A stretch of DNA of 63,768 nt, filler included, from Octopus bimaculoides (lineage: Eukaryota): the NCBI RefSeq assembly GCF_001194135.2. It is 7 parts of 6 records of this genome, joined end to end, with 100 filler letters (N's around TTAATTAATTAA, not from the genome) between each part and the next. Parts side by side here need not be neighbours in the genome. Positions count along the whole stretch, not along the records: positions 10,921 to 27,593 come from NC_068983.1; 6 more parts are not named here. One strand, 5' to 3'. Shown here in pieces: positions 12,211-23,721 of this stretch. Below the pieces are notes generated by a model, which saw only the letters and a program-made list of their open reading frames with translations, ran no database searches and was not told the DNA's origin. Position 1 is the first letter of the stretch, and each line of letters opens with the position of its first letter. A program made the position numbers and the translations under genes.

Positions 12211-12424
12211 CCCTTTAGCATTTAATCCAGCCATATCCACCCCAAATATTCTACCTGTTTGATATTAAAACTGAGCAGATCCAATCTCTTTTTACCTTAC
12301 AATGTCATTATAAAAATATACAACACATCATTGAAATCTTGAAGCTACAAGATAATGCATGATTAATTCAAGACAATGTGAATAAATAAACAATACATTT
12401 GACCAAAAACTGAATACTAAAGGG
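12211..12424. mobile_element. MITE, piggyBac-like ends
   Basis: TTAA|CCCTTTAGCATT ... AATACTAAAGGG|TTAG: inverted ends, CCC/GGG termini and a TTAA-like target. Confidence 0.75.
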
Positions 12425-12630
12425 TTAGATATCCTTGTATATATTTGAGAAGGATAACATATGATATATACAATATATCTATCATATATATCTCTATGAT
12501 AAAAACCTAGATTGGAAATTTTACATTCTTACACAAAAAGTAAAATTTTTGCTGTTATAAAAATATGCGCATGGATACTCAAAACATTGGAATATTAATG
12601 TCCCATCTACATACAATCTGGGGACATCTT

Positions 12631-12667
<37 letters not shown>

Positions 12668-12779
12668 TTAACTTCAAAGAGCAGAGATTGCAAAAATGTT
12701 TTCTCAGAGACAAACTTAGTTTCATTCAAGAGTAAAGCCACATGCAAATATAACTGACATCATACCCTGTCTTATGTGT

Positions 12780-14222
12780 CTTGCAAACAACTTGCACATG
12801 CAAGTGCTACCAGTCAAGAATTCCGCATACCGGAAGCCAGCAAGTGTATGGGGTCATCAGGAGAGAATGCGCGCCGTTTCGGGGCCTACCTCTCGACGGC
12901 ATCAATGCGCACCGGCTCCCCTCACTGATATGAAGCCCCGCTTGCTAGATCAACTGATTATTAAACAAAGCTCAATATTTCTCTAGCCATCGCTCATCGT
13001 CTCTTTTTAACCAAATCCAGTGGCTAGCCTTCTCCACTGTAGTTTGGATATCGGTAATGGTGGTATTTACCTTCCGATGAGTTAGGCCTAACGATAACAG
13101 CAGTNNNNNNNNNNNNNNNNNNNNNNNNNNNNNNNNNNNNNNNNNAAAATGTCAGGTTTTTCCATAACTGGGATGGGAAAGAATCCCTGGCATCCAGGCA
13201 AATCTGCAGTCACTTCCCAATAGTCGTTCCACTTTTCATTTCTCACAAGAAGTTTCTTGTTCTTTTTCTTGAAGCGGATCCGCTGACCTGAGCGCACGAA
13301 GGTAATAAAATCTTTAGATGGTTCTTTCAACGGTTTTTTCTCAGTGTTGTTGAGATGAATTTGGTTCTTCATAGCATTGAAGATAACCTTCAAGACCAGG
13401 TTGTGTCTCCATGTATATCTATTCAATGCTAAGGAACAGTTGGAAAGAATATGTTTCAGTGTTCCGTCCTTTCCGCATTTGCATATTTCATTCTCTGAGA
13501 CGTTCCATCTTACGAGATTCCTAGGTGATGGCAAAACATCATAGGATGAACGAATCAGAAAACTTAGCCGAGATGTCGTCCACTTCCATATTTCATCCCA
13601 ACGTATCTTCCTCTCAACAACATGTTCTTCCCATCTCTTTATCTGTCCTTGTTGACTACATCGGATCAAATGAAGCTCTCTTCTCTCTGCTTCTCTTGTT
13701 TTGACGCTGTTGCTAACAACAGATCTGCATTCGCTCCGCATCATATCTGCAAACGGTTTGAACTGATTTGCGCCAAAGCCAAGTCCTCTCCGATGGTTCT
13801 GTGTTGCACCCACTATATCTCTGTGTATAAGAGAAGACAAGATGACATCAGCCTCTGCTTCTGCTTTCCACTTCCTTGCTGTTTTCACCTCTGGTGGGTT
13901 CTGCCTGATTTCCGTATCCTTCGATTCTCTCAGCATCATCACCGTCCGTATCTTCCCTAGTTTGTATATTTCGACTATTGATGCTAGTGGTAACTGCAAC
14001 GAACCTCTTTTACGATAAAGAGCTGAACTGTTCAACATCCGAGGTAGGTCTAGCCACTTTCTAATGAACACATTACATTTTTGTTCAATGATTTGAACTC
14101 GTGACAAGGCTACCGCGTATATTAAGAGTGGCCACGAAAGTCGCGGGAACAAACCGAACTGCAAGCACCAAATTTTATAGTTACCTGGTAACTTCGAGTT
14201 ATCAATCGCTGATAAAACAAAT
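12780..14222 (-). mobile_element. 5'-truncated HERO-like (R2 superfamily, RLE) non-LTR retrotransposon
   Basis: Contains the ORF below plus about 200 nt of GC-rich 3' UTR. The reading frame stops abruptly at about 14222 in AT-rich flank. The 3' boundary is approximate. Confidence 0.85.
12972..14218 (-). CDS. C-terminal part of HERO-like RT/zinc knuckle/restriction-like endonuclease ORF (interrupted only by an N gap)
   Basis: SKLPGNYKIWCLQFGLFPRLSWPLLIY..RKWLDLPR..ARKWKAE..GLG..QQGQIKRWE..SYDVLPSPRNLVRW..CKCGKDGTLKHILSNC (CCHC)..YTWRHN..KPDI. After the gap: LLLSLGL..VEKASHWIWLKRDDERWLEKY* (stop 12972-12974). No stops in the sequenced parts. Confidence 0.88.
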
Positions 14223-15917
14223 TACAAATATTAGCCTTCACAATCTCTGTTGACCTCTCATTAACAACCTCACAGAGTCAATAGATACATCATGTCAGTT
14301 CCAGTTCCTTTGAACAGACCTGTTGGTTTTATCAAATTTCCTTTCTGTATTTCTATTGACTTTCTCTCTCCAACTCTCCTAAATGTTTACCTCTATCCAT
14401 GTTGCTTCAATAAGTTTTGATCAGTAGAAGCTCAATCTAGGTATCAATTGCATTGACTGCATCAGTCTGGGAAAGCCTGCATATATTATAACCACTGATC
14501 CAATCTCTCAGACAAATTAAAAAAAGAAAGGAAACATCCAAAAAACATACTGGTTGGTGTATTTCCATGCCGATGAAGACTTGGCCTTTATGCACTGTCT
14601 TCGGATCGTTTTGATCTGTCTCCAAGCTATATTTCTATTGTGGGATTTTATTTCATGTCATCTTTTGACAATTATCCTAAATGAATTTATGAAAGCATGC
14701 CCTTACAAAGAATTATGAAAAGAATTGTTTAGAAATGTCTTTACAATGCTTTAATTTAATAAAATTGCAAGCCTCAAAACATATTTGAACATTAATAGAG
14801 ATCTCAAAAGCTGTTTGGGACTCAGCTGAGGAAGAAAATGCTGAAATAGAAAAAAAATTTTAATGGAACAACATGATATACTTTCTTGAACATGACCTCC
14901 AACTGTAATTGCTTGAAATGAAAAATTGAGGATGGAGTTATTAGAAAACTACTAGACTGTCTTGATAGACAATACTTCATGATTATGTGCATAGAAGAAT
15001 TAACTTGACAGGAACCATTCTCAAGAAACTGTCACTAACATAGTGTTCCAAAGACTATTGCCAATAGTATTCCAAAGACTATTTGAATATATATAGTCAA
15101 TAGATTTATTTGCTTCCAGTGAAAAATGAGAAAAGTGTTTTGTTTAAGGTCTTATATCTGAGACACAGTAAGGGAAGATAGAGAGACATAGGAGCTAGCA
15201 TGTAGGAGGTATACAACTAGCTAAAGACTAGGCTTACAGCTATATAATGAAGCAAGCTAAATTGGATAGAAATGTCTAAAACAGAGACCTAAGTAGGTTA
15301 TAATATTCAGTTTGGTTCCTCAACATATTAATATGAACTTTGCTGTGACTGAAATTGCTTTATATTATTTTAAAATATTTAAAATAAGTGTTTGTAGTGA
15401 ACCAATGTTAATTTAATCAAGCTTACCCATCTATACATATAAATTTGACATGGGCGATTCTTTCTTGCTTTGGGATTCACGGTCAAATGGCTGGGTGGAA
15501 TTGCGTGAATAATTCCACAGATGTGTAGAATGATCTGGTGGTGTTGCTGGGCTTTGTATTTTTCATAGCTCCCCTGGTTACTGAGATAATCTACTATAAT
15601 AATACTCTTGTGTTTATGAATGAGAAAAGAAGGGGTGATACATGAATAAGGAAGGAAGGGGTGATGTCATACTTGGTAGTGAGATGATGAAAATTGTATA
15701 CTGAAAAAATAAATCAAACAGCCTTTCAACTCTGTGTGAATATATGTGTGTGTATGTAAAAGTAGGGTATGTGAATGTGTGTGCATCTGCGCACGCAATG
15801 GAAGTAGGATGGTTCATCTTTGTTCGCTTAGTATTTGGCTTTATTTTTTGATTTGGTTGAATCTTGGTTGGTTTTTTTTTTGTTGTTGTTGGTTAGTTAT
15901 TTTTAGTGTTTTGACAG

Positions 15918-15998
15918 AAAAAAGTCATTCTGCATGCCCAAACAAGTCGAATGCTTACACAGAGCAGGTTTTACAGCTACATCATCCAAACCGACCAG
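15918..15998 (+). CDS. Candidate 81 nt exon of an unidentified gene
   Basis: Long T-rich tract then ttttgacAG| and CAG|GTGAAA. All three frames are open, so the frame is undetermined. Confidence 0.3.
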
Positions 15999-17321
15999 GT
16001 GAAACCGGGCTTAGCTGCTAGTTTCCTATAAATACTACTTATGTAAGTCTGTTGATTATCACTCTGTAGAATGTTGACTATAAATTGTCAAACGGCAGAG
16101 TGTCAGACTGCAGAATCCTAGAGTATACAGTGTCATACAGTAGACTGCTAGACAGTAGCATGTTTACTGTAATATTTATCACTACCTCTTTATTGTCATA
16201 TTCATATTCATTCACCTGTCTTTTGTCACACTCGCCACCATTTTCTAACCATGCCTGGGACTACCTATATATTATCACATCTAGTATCACCAATCTACTC
16301 TACAATCTACTACCAACTCTCTCATTACATCTATCCCCATGTAGATGTTCTCTGTAGTTTTGAAAAGGTGGTGGAAGTTAAAATTGTTGCAAGATTTAGA
16401 CTCATGGGATCTCTGGGTCAATAGGTATTAGGGTCCCAGCGGTTTTGCTAATTCAAAGCATAATAAGATAATAAAGAGGGTCCTAATGAATCTAGGGCTC
16501 CTAAACAGTTTAAAGAAACCCCAAAATTTTAAAAGAGCCTTGTAGATTCAGAAGGATCTAAAGGCTTTTTGAGTTTAAAGGCTTTTTAAGCTTAAAAGGA
16601 CCCATTAAATCAAAGAAAGCTCAAAAATTCTAAAAAAATTATATTGGATTTTAAAATATTTAAACAAGTAAAAAAATTTACAAATTATTTATCTGTTTGT
16701 TGTAGATATATTTTTTAATTAACTCCATGCTTTAGGCTTCTCTGAGTTAAAGTGGCTCTCTAGGCTAACAGGGCTCATACATGAATCCAGCCCTGATGGT
16801 ACTTCTCATATGAACACACAGAATTCCTCTAATGGTCTAAAGGTGCTATAAACCCTCTTTCTCCGAGAAAGAAAATTTTGAAGTTAAATCAATTTCAGAA
16901 GCAGTTTGAGGATATATGAATTGCAAGTTTTTCACTTGTGATCTAAAAACAACTTGATCTAAAATCATGTTCTGGTGGCACTAGTATCAATGTAATACTG
17001 TACAATGTAAAAACAACTTGGTCTAAACTCACAAACTATCATCAATTACAAGTAAATTATGCTTTGTTCCATGTGATGTTTGGAGGAGCTGTGTTGATAA
17101 CTATTAAGTTCTTGACTTTGTTGGCATCTCATCTGTTGAGGGAGAGCACACATGGCTTTCTCTCTATCTCATCCTTGCAATCAGTAATGCAACAAGTAAC
17201 TTGGGTGGCTTCTGTTGATAAACAAAAATTCTTAACCCTTCGGTCCAGTTTCAAATGAAAGCCATATACATAAAAATGAAAAAGCCTTGAGATAAGCCAT
17301 ATTATAATAATCCTTTTTATT

Positions 17322-17526
17322 AAAGACACAAGGCCTGAAATTTTTGGGGAGGAGTACAATTGATTACATCAAACCCAGTGTTTAACTGGTACTTTATTTC
17401 ATCAACCCCAAAAGGACAAACGGCAAAGTTAACCTCAGTGGATTTTGAACTCAGAATGTAGCAATGGGTGAAATACTGCTAAGCATTTCATCCAGCATGC
17501 TAATGATTCTGCCAGCTCACCACCTC
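17322..17526 (-). mobile_element. SINE family D
   Basis: Reverse-complement match to 3787-4000. Confidence 0.85.
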
Positions 17527-17682
17527 ACCATATATCAATGTAATGCATGGCAATGTAAAAAAACCATTAGCAATTTCCCAGAACAGTGAAAATAGTATTT
17601 TAAAATAAAATCCTAATGCTACAGTGAAAAATCTTAAAATCCCTGTACTGCAGCAAAAGTCACATAGATATTTTTGAATTCA

Positions 17683-17880
17683 TCATCATCATCAGCAACA
17701 TTTAACATCCATTTTCCATGCTGGTGTGGGTTGGATGGCTTGACAGGAACTGGAAAAGCCAGAGGTTGTACCAAGTTCCATAGTGTGTTCAGGCTTGGTT
17801 TCTAAATCTGGATGCCCCTCTGAATGCCAACCACTTTACAGAGTGTACTGGGTGCTTTTTACGTGCACCATCACCAGTAC
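17683..17880 (-). mobile_element. RTE-derived 3' end fragment with (GAT)n tail
   Basis: catcatcatc..ttaacatccattttccatgctgg..ggatgccc..gggtgctttttacgtg. Confidence 0.8.
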
Positions 17881-18469
17881 TTTTTACATGGCACCTTGTT
17901 TCTAAGATCACAGTTTTGTTGTGGTGGGTGGATCACCTTGAGTACAGCAATGCACCACATATCTCAGTCTTCTGTCACCTCCTTTGTAATGCTTTGTTCA
18001 TGTATGCACTTATGTATATGAATGTGAATTAGTATTTTTAAATTTCTTATCTTATAGCATTATCTTTCATCAGAAGAAATATCTGGATCTAAAATAGAAG
18101 TCATCTTGTTACAATGGAATTTGTACAGAAGTGAAGTGAATTACTTGCTACTGATTGATTAGGTAGTTATGATCCAAGATTCTCAGGTCATAACAGTCCA
18201 TGTGTTGTAACTCATCATAAATTGTCACTGATCACAATAACCCTTTACTCTGGTTTAAGAAACCAGAGTAAAGGGTTATTGTGATACTAGTTTATGTTAA
18301 GAGTATTGTGATACTAGTTTACGTTAAGTAATTTGCCATACTACTGAGTTGGATAGAGACCTGAAATTCCTGGCTCTTCTTAAAGTCTTCTTTATGTTAG
18401 AAAGCTTGATCCAGAATGAAGCAACTGAGTTGTTTATCCAACCCCATCTGACACTCATGGTCACCACCT

Positions 18470-19260
18470 CTGTATTCTATCACTACTTCTCTATTGTTGC
18501 ATCCATCACTCTCTCTATTCATATCTACTGCCATCTATCTATTGGCTTATCTATCTCCACATGTGTACAGACATCTTTTGTCATCTCTCTATTGTCACAT
18601 CTAACCATTCTCCTATTATCACATCATTATTCTCTATTGTCACATCAAATAGCCACCTCTCTAATATCACATCTAGTCCAGTCTCTATATTGTAACATCT
18701 ACTTTAGTCTCTACATTGTCTCATCTATTATCATCTCTCTGTTGTCACATCTACAGCTTTAACTTCTCTATTGGTATATCTATCACCATATTCTATTGTC
18801 ACATAGAGAACCGACTAACAATTGTCTCCTCTACAGTTATTTTCTATTGTAATATCTAGAGCTCTATCTGTATTGACATTTTTCCAACAACCTTTCTATT
18901 GACAACTCTATTACCACCTCTCTACTGTTATGTCAATAACAACCTCTTTATTGTTATAACTATTACTGCTACTCTAATATCACATCTACCACAATCTCTT
19001 CAATTTAATATTGTCTGTTACCTTTCTATTCATTTTTCTACCACCACCTACTCTCATTTCTTACCTCTTCTCTACCGTTACATCTAGAACCATCTCCTTA
19101 CTGTTACATGGATAGTTGGCTGTCACATGTACCACCTCCTCTCTATTCTCCCCCCCCCCGCCCATCATGGTATCTAGAATCATCTCTCTGTTGTCACATC
19201 TATCACATCATTTCTCTATTGGCAAACATATCACCATCTCTCTACTGTTACATCTCATCA
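18470..19260. repeat. Degenerate ~24 bp minisatellite (core CTCTATTGTCACATCT)
   Basis: The motif recurs many times with substitutions. A shorter related tract lies at about 16180-16330. Confidence 0.75.
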
Positions 19261-19870
19261 TCTCCCCAATCCAGCAGTTAATCTTGTCCTCCTCACAGCC
19301 AACAGTATCATTGCTATCTTGTTGCCCCCCTTCCATATATCCATGTTTCACCACTCACTTGCATTTCACCCTTTCCCACCTTTCTCCCCCTCTTTTTACA
19401 CTTTTGTGAACTCTCTACTCATGCACTCTGGGCAGTCCTGTACCACAGTGTTCCAGAACCGGTATGACACAGCACACTGGTGTATCATGTGATGATGCTA
19501 GGTGTACTGCAGTGTAACCTGAATATAATGTTTTCCCCTATATTTTTAGTTATGTTTTTAGTTCAGGTGTGCTGCTGAATTTCTCTAAGAATATAAGTGT
19601 ACCGCAAGTGAAAAAGAGTTGTGGAAAAAGAGTTCTACCATTCCATTTATATTCACCTTCTACCTTGAAAGTATGCCCTGGCACAGTGCCACCATTTCTC
19701 TTACTTTTGCTCTCACTCTCTCTCTCTCTCTCTTTTTCTCCTTTTCAGCCGGGGTAACTATGTATCTCCTCTACAGGAAAACACCCATTTCTGTTCCTCT
19801 CTTATACTCTAACCTCTCATCACCTGGCCTCTATCTTTGTCTTGCAAGTTGCTTGGTGACCTCCTTGGTG

Positions 19871-20400
19871 CTGTTAAGAAGGACATCCAGCCTTAAAAAC
19901 ATACCAAAGAAGACCTTGCTGGTGCTGGCACTGGTACTATGTAAAAAGCACCCAGTCCACTATGTAAAGTGTTTGGCATTAGGAAGGGCATTCAGCCTTG
20001 AAAACCATTCTGATGAAGACCTTGTCAGTGCTGATACCATGTAAAAAGCACCCAGTACACTCTATAAAGTAGTTAGTATTAGGAAGGTCATCCAACCATA
20101 AAAACCATGTCAAAGAAGACCTTGCTGATGCTGGTGCCACGTAAAAAGCACTCAGTTCACTCTGTAAAGTGGTTGGCATTAGGAAGGGCATCCATCCATA
20201 AAAACCACATCAGAGCAGACCTCGCTGGTGTTGGTGCTATGTAAAAAGCACCCAGTTCACTCTGTAAAGTAGTTAGTGTGAGGAAAGGCATCCAGCCATA
20301 ATAACCTTGCCAAATTTTACAGTGGAGCTTGGTGCAGTTCTCTGGTTTACCAGCTCCTGTCAAACAATCCAACCCATGATATTAAATGATGATGATAATA
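19871..20400 (+). repeat. Tandem array, 100 bp period, derived from the RTE 3' UTR and ending in the normal tail
   Basis: gtaaaaagca starts at 19941, 20041, 20141 and 20241. Confidence 0.92.
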
Positions 20401-20520
20401 ATGACGATGGTGAAGATGATGACTATCACTTTCTACTGACACATCTACTACCTTTCTATTGTTACACCTATCACTGCCCCTGTATTTTACTTCTTTCATA
20501 TTTCAATTGTTACATCTGTT

Positions 20521-21750
20521 GCTACACGGCAGTGAAACATGCTACATGGCAGTGAAACACATGTGCACGAACCACCATGCTACATGGCAGTGAAACATCA
20601 GAGTAAAAGGCAGACTGTATGATGCATGTGTACAAACCGCCATGCTACATGGCAGTGAAACATGGGCCGTGACTGCTGAGGACATGCGTAAATTTGCAAG
20701 AAACGAAGCCAGTATGCTCTGATGGATGTGTAATGTCAGTGTGTATACTCAACAGAGTGTAAGTACCTTGAGAGAAAAGTTAGACCTAAGAAGCATCAGT
20801 TGTGGTGTGCAAGAGAGACGATTGCGCTGGTATGGACATGTGGCAAGAATGGATGAGGATAGCTGTGTGAAAAAGTGCCACAGCCTAGCGGTTGAGGGAA
20901 CCTGTGGAAGAGGTAGACCCAGGAAGACCTGGAATGAGGTGGTGAAGCATGACCTTCGAACTTTAGGCTTCACCAAGGCAATGACTAGTGACCGGGATCT
21001 TTGGAAATATGCAGTACGTGAGAAGACCCGGCAAGCCAAATGAGAGCATAATCTGTGGCCTCTGCCAGAAGTGTAGCCAGCTCACTTCTTCGTATCTCTA
21101 CTCCATTGGACACTAAACTCTGCTTGCGAAGACCTGTTGAGGCAAGTGAATTTGAAATCGAAATCAAACCAAATTCGACAACTGGCACCCATACCAACCT
21201 CTCCTTCATTGGACACTAAACTCTGCTTGTGAAGACCTGGTAAGGAAAGTGAAATCGAAACCGTAATTGAACCATGTTTGATGACTGGCACCTGTGCCTG
21301 TGGAGCACTAACAGCACTGTCCGAGCGTGATCATTGCCAGAGCAGCTGTCTGGCTTCTGTGCTAGTGGCCCGTAAATAGCACCATTTGAGCGTAATCATT
21401 ACCAGCGTTGCCTTACTGGCACTTGTGCCGGTGGCACATTAGAAAATCATTCGAGTGAGGTTGTCACCAGTGCCGCTGGACTGGCTCCTGTGCAGGTGGC
21501 ACATGAAAAACACCATTTTAAGCATGGCCATTGCCAGTACCGTGTGACTGGCCCTTGTGTTGGTGGCACGTAAAAGCACCCACAACACTCTCGGAGTGGT
21601 TGGTGTTAGGAAGGGCATCCAGCTGTAGGAACTCTGCCAGATCAGATTGGAGCCTGGTGCAGCCATCCAGTTTACCAGTCCTCAGTCAAATCATCTAACC
21701 CATGCTAGCATGGAAAGCAGACGTTAAACAATGATGATGATGATAATGAT
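20521..21750 (+). mobile_element. 5'-truncated RTE-clade LINE (RT C-terminus, 3' UTR, (GAT)n tail)
   Basis: AMLHGSETWAVT..RRLRWYGHVARMDE..GRGRPRKTW..DRDLWKYAV (stop 21041-21043) with one internal stop; about 700 nt 3' UTR ending acgttaaacaatgatgatgat. Confidence 0.95.
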
Positions 21751-22109
21751 TGCCATACCAGTTCTGCTGCATTTACAGTCTCCTCTCTATTATTTTATTT
21801 GTTGTCAAAATTATCTCCCAATCATCAAATTTTTCCACTTCTCACAGCAATATGGGTATGGCTGGACTACATTGATCATAGATTTGCTTCATCAGAGATG
21901 ACTTGGAACTAAGTAGCAGAGAGGACCTCTATGCGGTAGCTTGTTCTGGTAGAAATAGCAGCCAAATTTGCTTTAAATTCCACTTTATTATCTTCCCAAA
22001 AAATTTTTTAAACAAAATCATGTTGAATAATGTTGCCCTAAACACATGGTTTGAATCAAAAGATGAACTGATCATAAATGAAACATATTTGATTATGTCT
22101 CTTCAACAG

Positions 22110-22187
22110 GACTGCTCTGGTGCTAAACAGCAGCAGCAGGAACTACAAGTACTGCCACGTCATTTTGTGGCATCACTTATGCATGTG
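22110..22187 (+). CDS. Candidate 78 nt exon of an unidentified gene
   Basis: tatgtctcttcaacAG| and GTG|GTAAGG. Two open frames (DCSGAKQQQQELQVLPRHFVASLMHV or TALVLNSSSRNYKYCHVILWHHLCM). Confidence 0.4.
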
Positions 22188-22888
22188 GTAAGGAGTGAAG
22201 CAATGATAATGGTAGTAATGATGATAATGATATTAATGGCAATGATGTGGTGAGAATAATGAGGAAGGAAGAGAGGAAGGTAACATGACTGTTTAATACT
22301 GTGATTTAGTGTGCAGTTATCTCTCTCTTATCTATTTCACATACATACATAAATCTACATGTCTGTATATCTAAACTTAAGTGATTTATTTGAAACATAA
22401 ACAAATGTACATGACAGTTCTCCCTCTCTCTCTTTCTCTCCTTCCCCTTCTTCTTCTCTCTCTAGTAGACTAGCTAGGTATTTATACAAAAATAAGCTGA
22501 GAAATAACTTCAAATATATGCCACTGGTATGTATTTGAATAACATACACAAATACAGGTATATCAAATATCATACAGCATAAAATCTTGATTTATTAAAA
22601 TTATCCCCATTTCTAGAAGATGTATTTTAATTACCAAATGGCAAAAAAGACCAGCTCTACTTGAGAATGGGGAAAAAAATCTCAAGAATCAAGAATTCTC
22701 CAGAAACTAACATGCCTTTAAGAAAAAGAACAGGTTTATTGTCTGAAGAAAAGAGGGCAGTGGTGGACACGAGTTTCTGGCTCAATAGCTATAATCAATA
22801 TGATAATTGTCTTACTTTATCTCCAGTAGCCAGAGGACTTCAGCTTATATAAAAAGAACACATTTATGACCTGGGTAATTGTCTCTAT

Positions 22889-23193
22889 TAGGGTTTCTCA
22901 ACCAGGGTCCATAGAAGGGGGCCGATAAAAGCAATATAGAAAATTGGGGGTCCATGGTAATTTTTCAGGGGCCATGAAGAAATTGTGCTTCAGAAGTAAA
23001 GTTTATATGCAATAAACTGGTTATACTTATACTATACACAAAATATCTTAACAATTTTTATACAAGTCCTAATAACATTTAATTATAAAAATGCAATAGG
23101 ATTTTTTAAACATTGAAAGGCTATAGGAGTCCACTTAAATAAAATAGGAATCAAAGGAGTTCATAAGTAAAAAAAAGGGGTTGAGAACCCCTG
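22889..23193. mobile_element. hAT-type MITE
   Basis: TIRs tagggtttctcaacc / ggttgagaacccctg; 8 bp TSD gtctctat / gtctatat. Confidence 0.88.
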
Positions 23194-23289
23194 GTCTATA
23201 TCGTTTAAATACATGTCACTGGCCAGTCTGGGTTATTTCACTTGGCTCATTTTTTGTTTAAATTAACCCAATTATATAACTTTCCTCTT

Positions 23290-23560
23290 TTATCTTTTAC
23301 TTGTTTCAGACATTTAATTGTGATCATGCTGAGTTCTTAGTGATCATGCTGAGTGAAGGGTTTCTAAGTTGAACAAATTGACCCCAGGAACTTATTTTTT
23401 TTTAAAGCCTGGTACTTATTCTATTGGTCTCTTTTGCTGAACTGTTAGGTAAACACACCAATGCCAGTTGTCAAGTGATAGTGGGGGACAAACACATTCA
23501 CAAAGACACGTATACACGTGTGTGTGTGCACGCGCGCTTGTGCGTGTGTGTGTGTGTGTG
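23290..23560 (-). mobile_element. SINE family B, 3' half
   Basis: cttttacttgtttcag..gcctggtacttattctattggtctcttttgctgaac..ggttgtcaag-like. Confidence 0.8.
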
Positions 23561-23721
23561 TGTAACTTTTTTGACTAATGGGTATATGTCAATTAGTGTG
23601 TTGAATAAAGCACATTCATAGTTTGGGCTACCTGGTGTCGTCCACAGTTGGGATATATTTCCTCTGGATCTATGTCAAGAATTCCAGAGTGTTAGCTGTT
23701 CCTTCATCAATTCTATATATA

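Noticed and set aside
14551-14626. Minus-strand exon candidate (WRQIKTIRRQCIKAKSSSAWKYTN, donor GTATGT)
   Set aside because: The acceptor lacks a pyrimidine tract, the frame is ambiguous, and the strand conflicts with the other candidates on the same contig; unsupported.
14790-15360. LINE RT-like motifs (EISKAVWDS; NIQFG..NFAVTEI)
   Set aside because: Motifs are in the wrong order for an RT and too degenerate to call.
19871-20310. CRISPR-like array
   Set aside because: No unique spacers, eukaryotic context, and units derive from the RTE 3' UTR.
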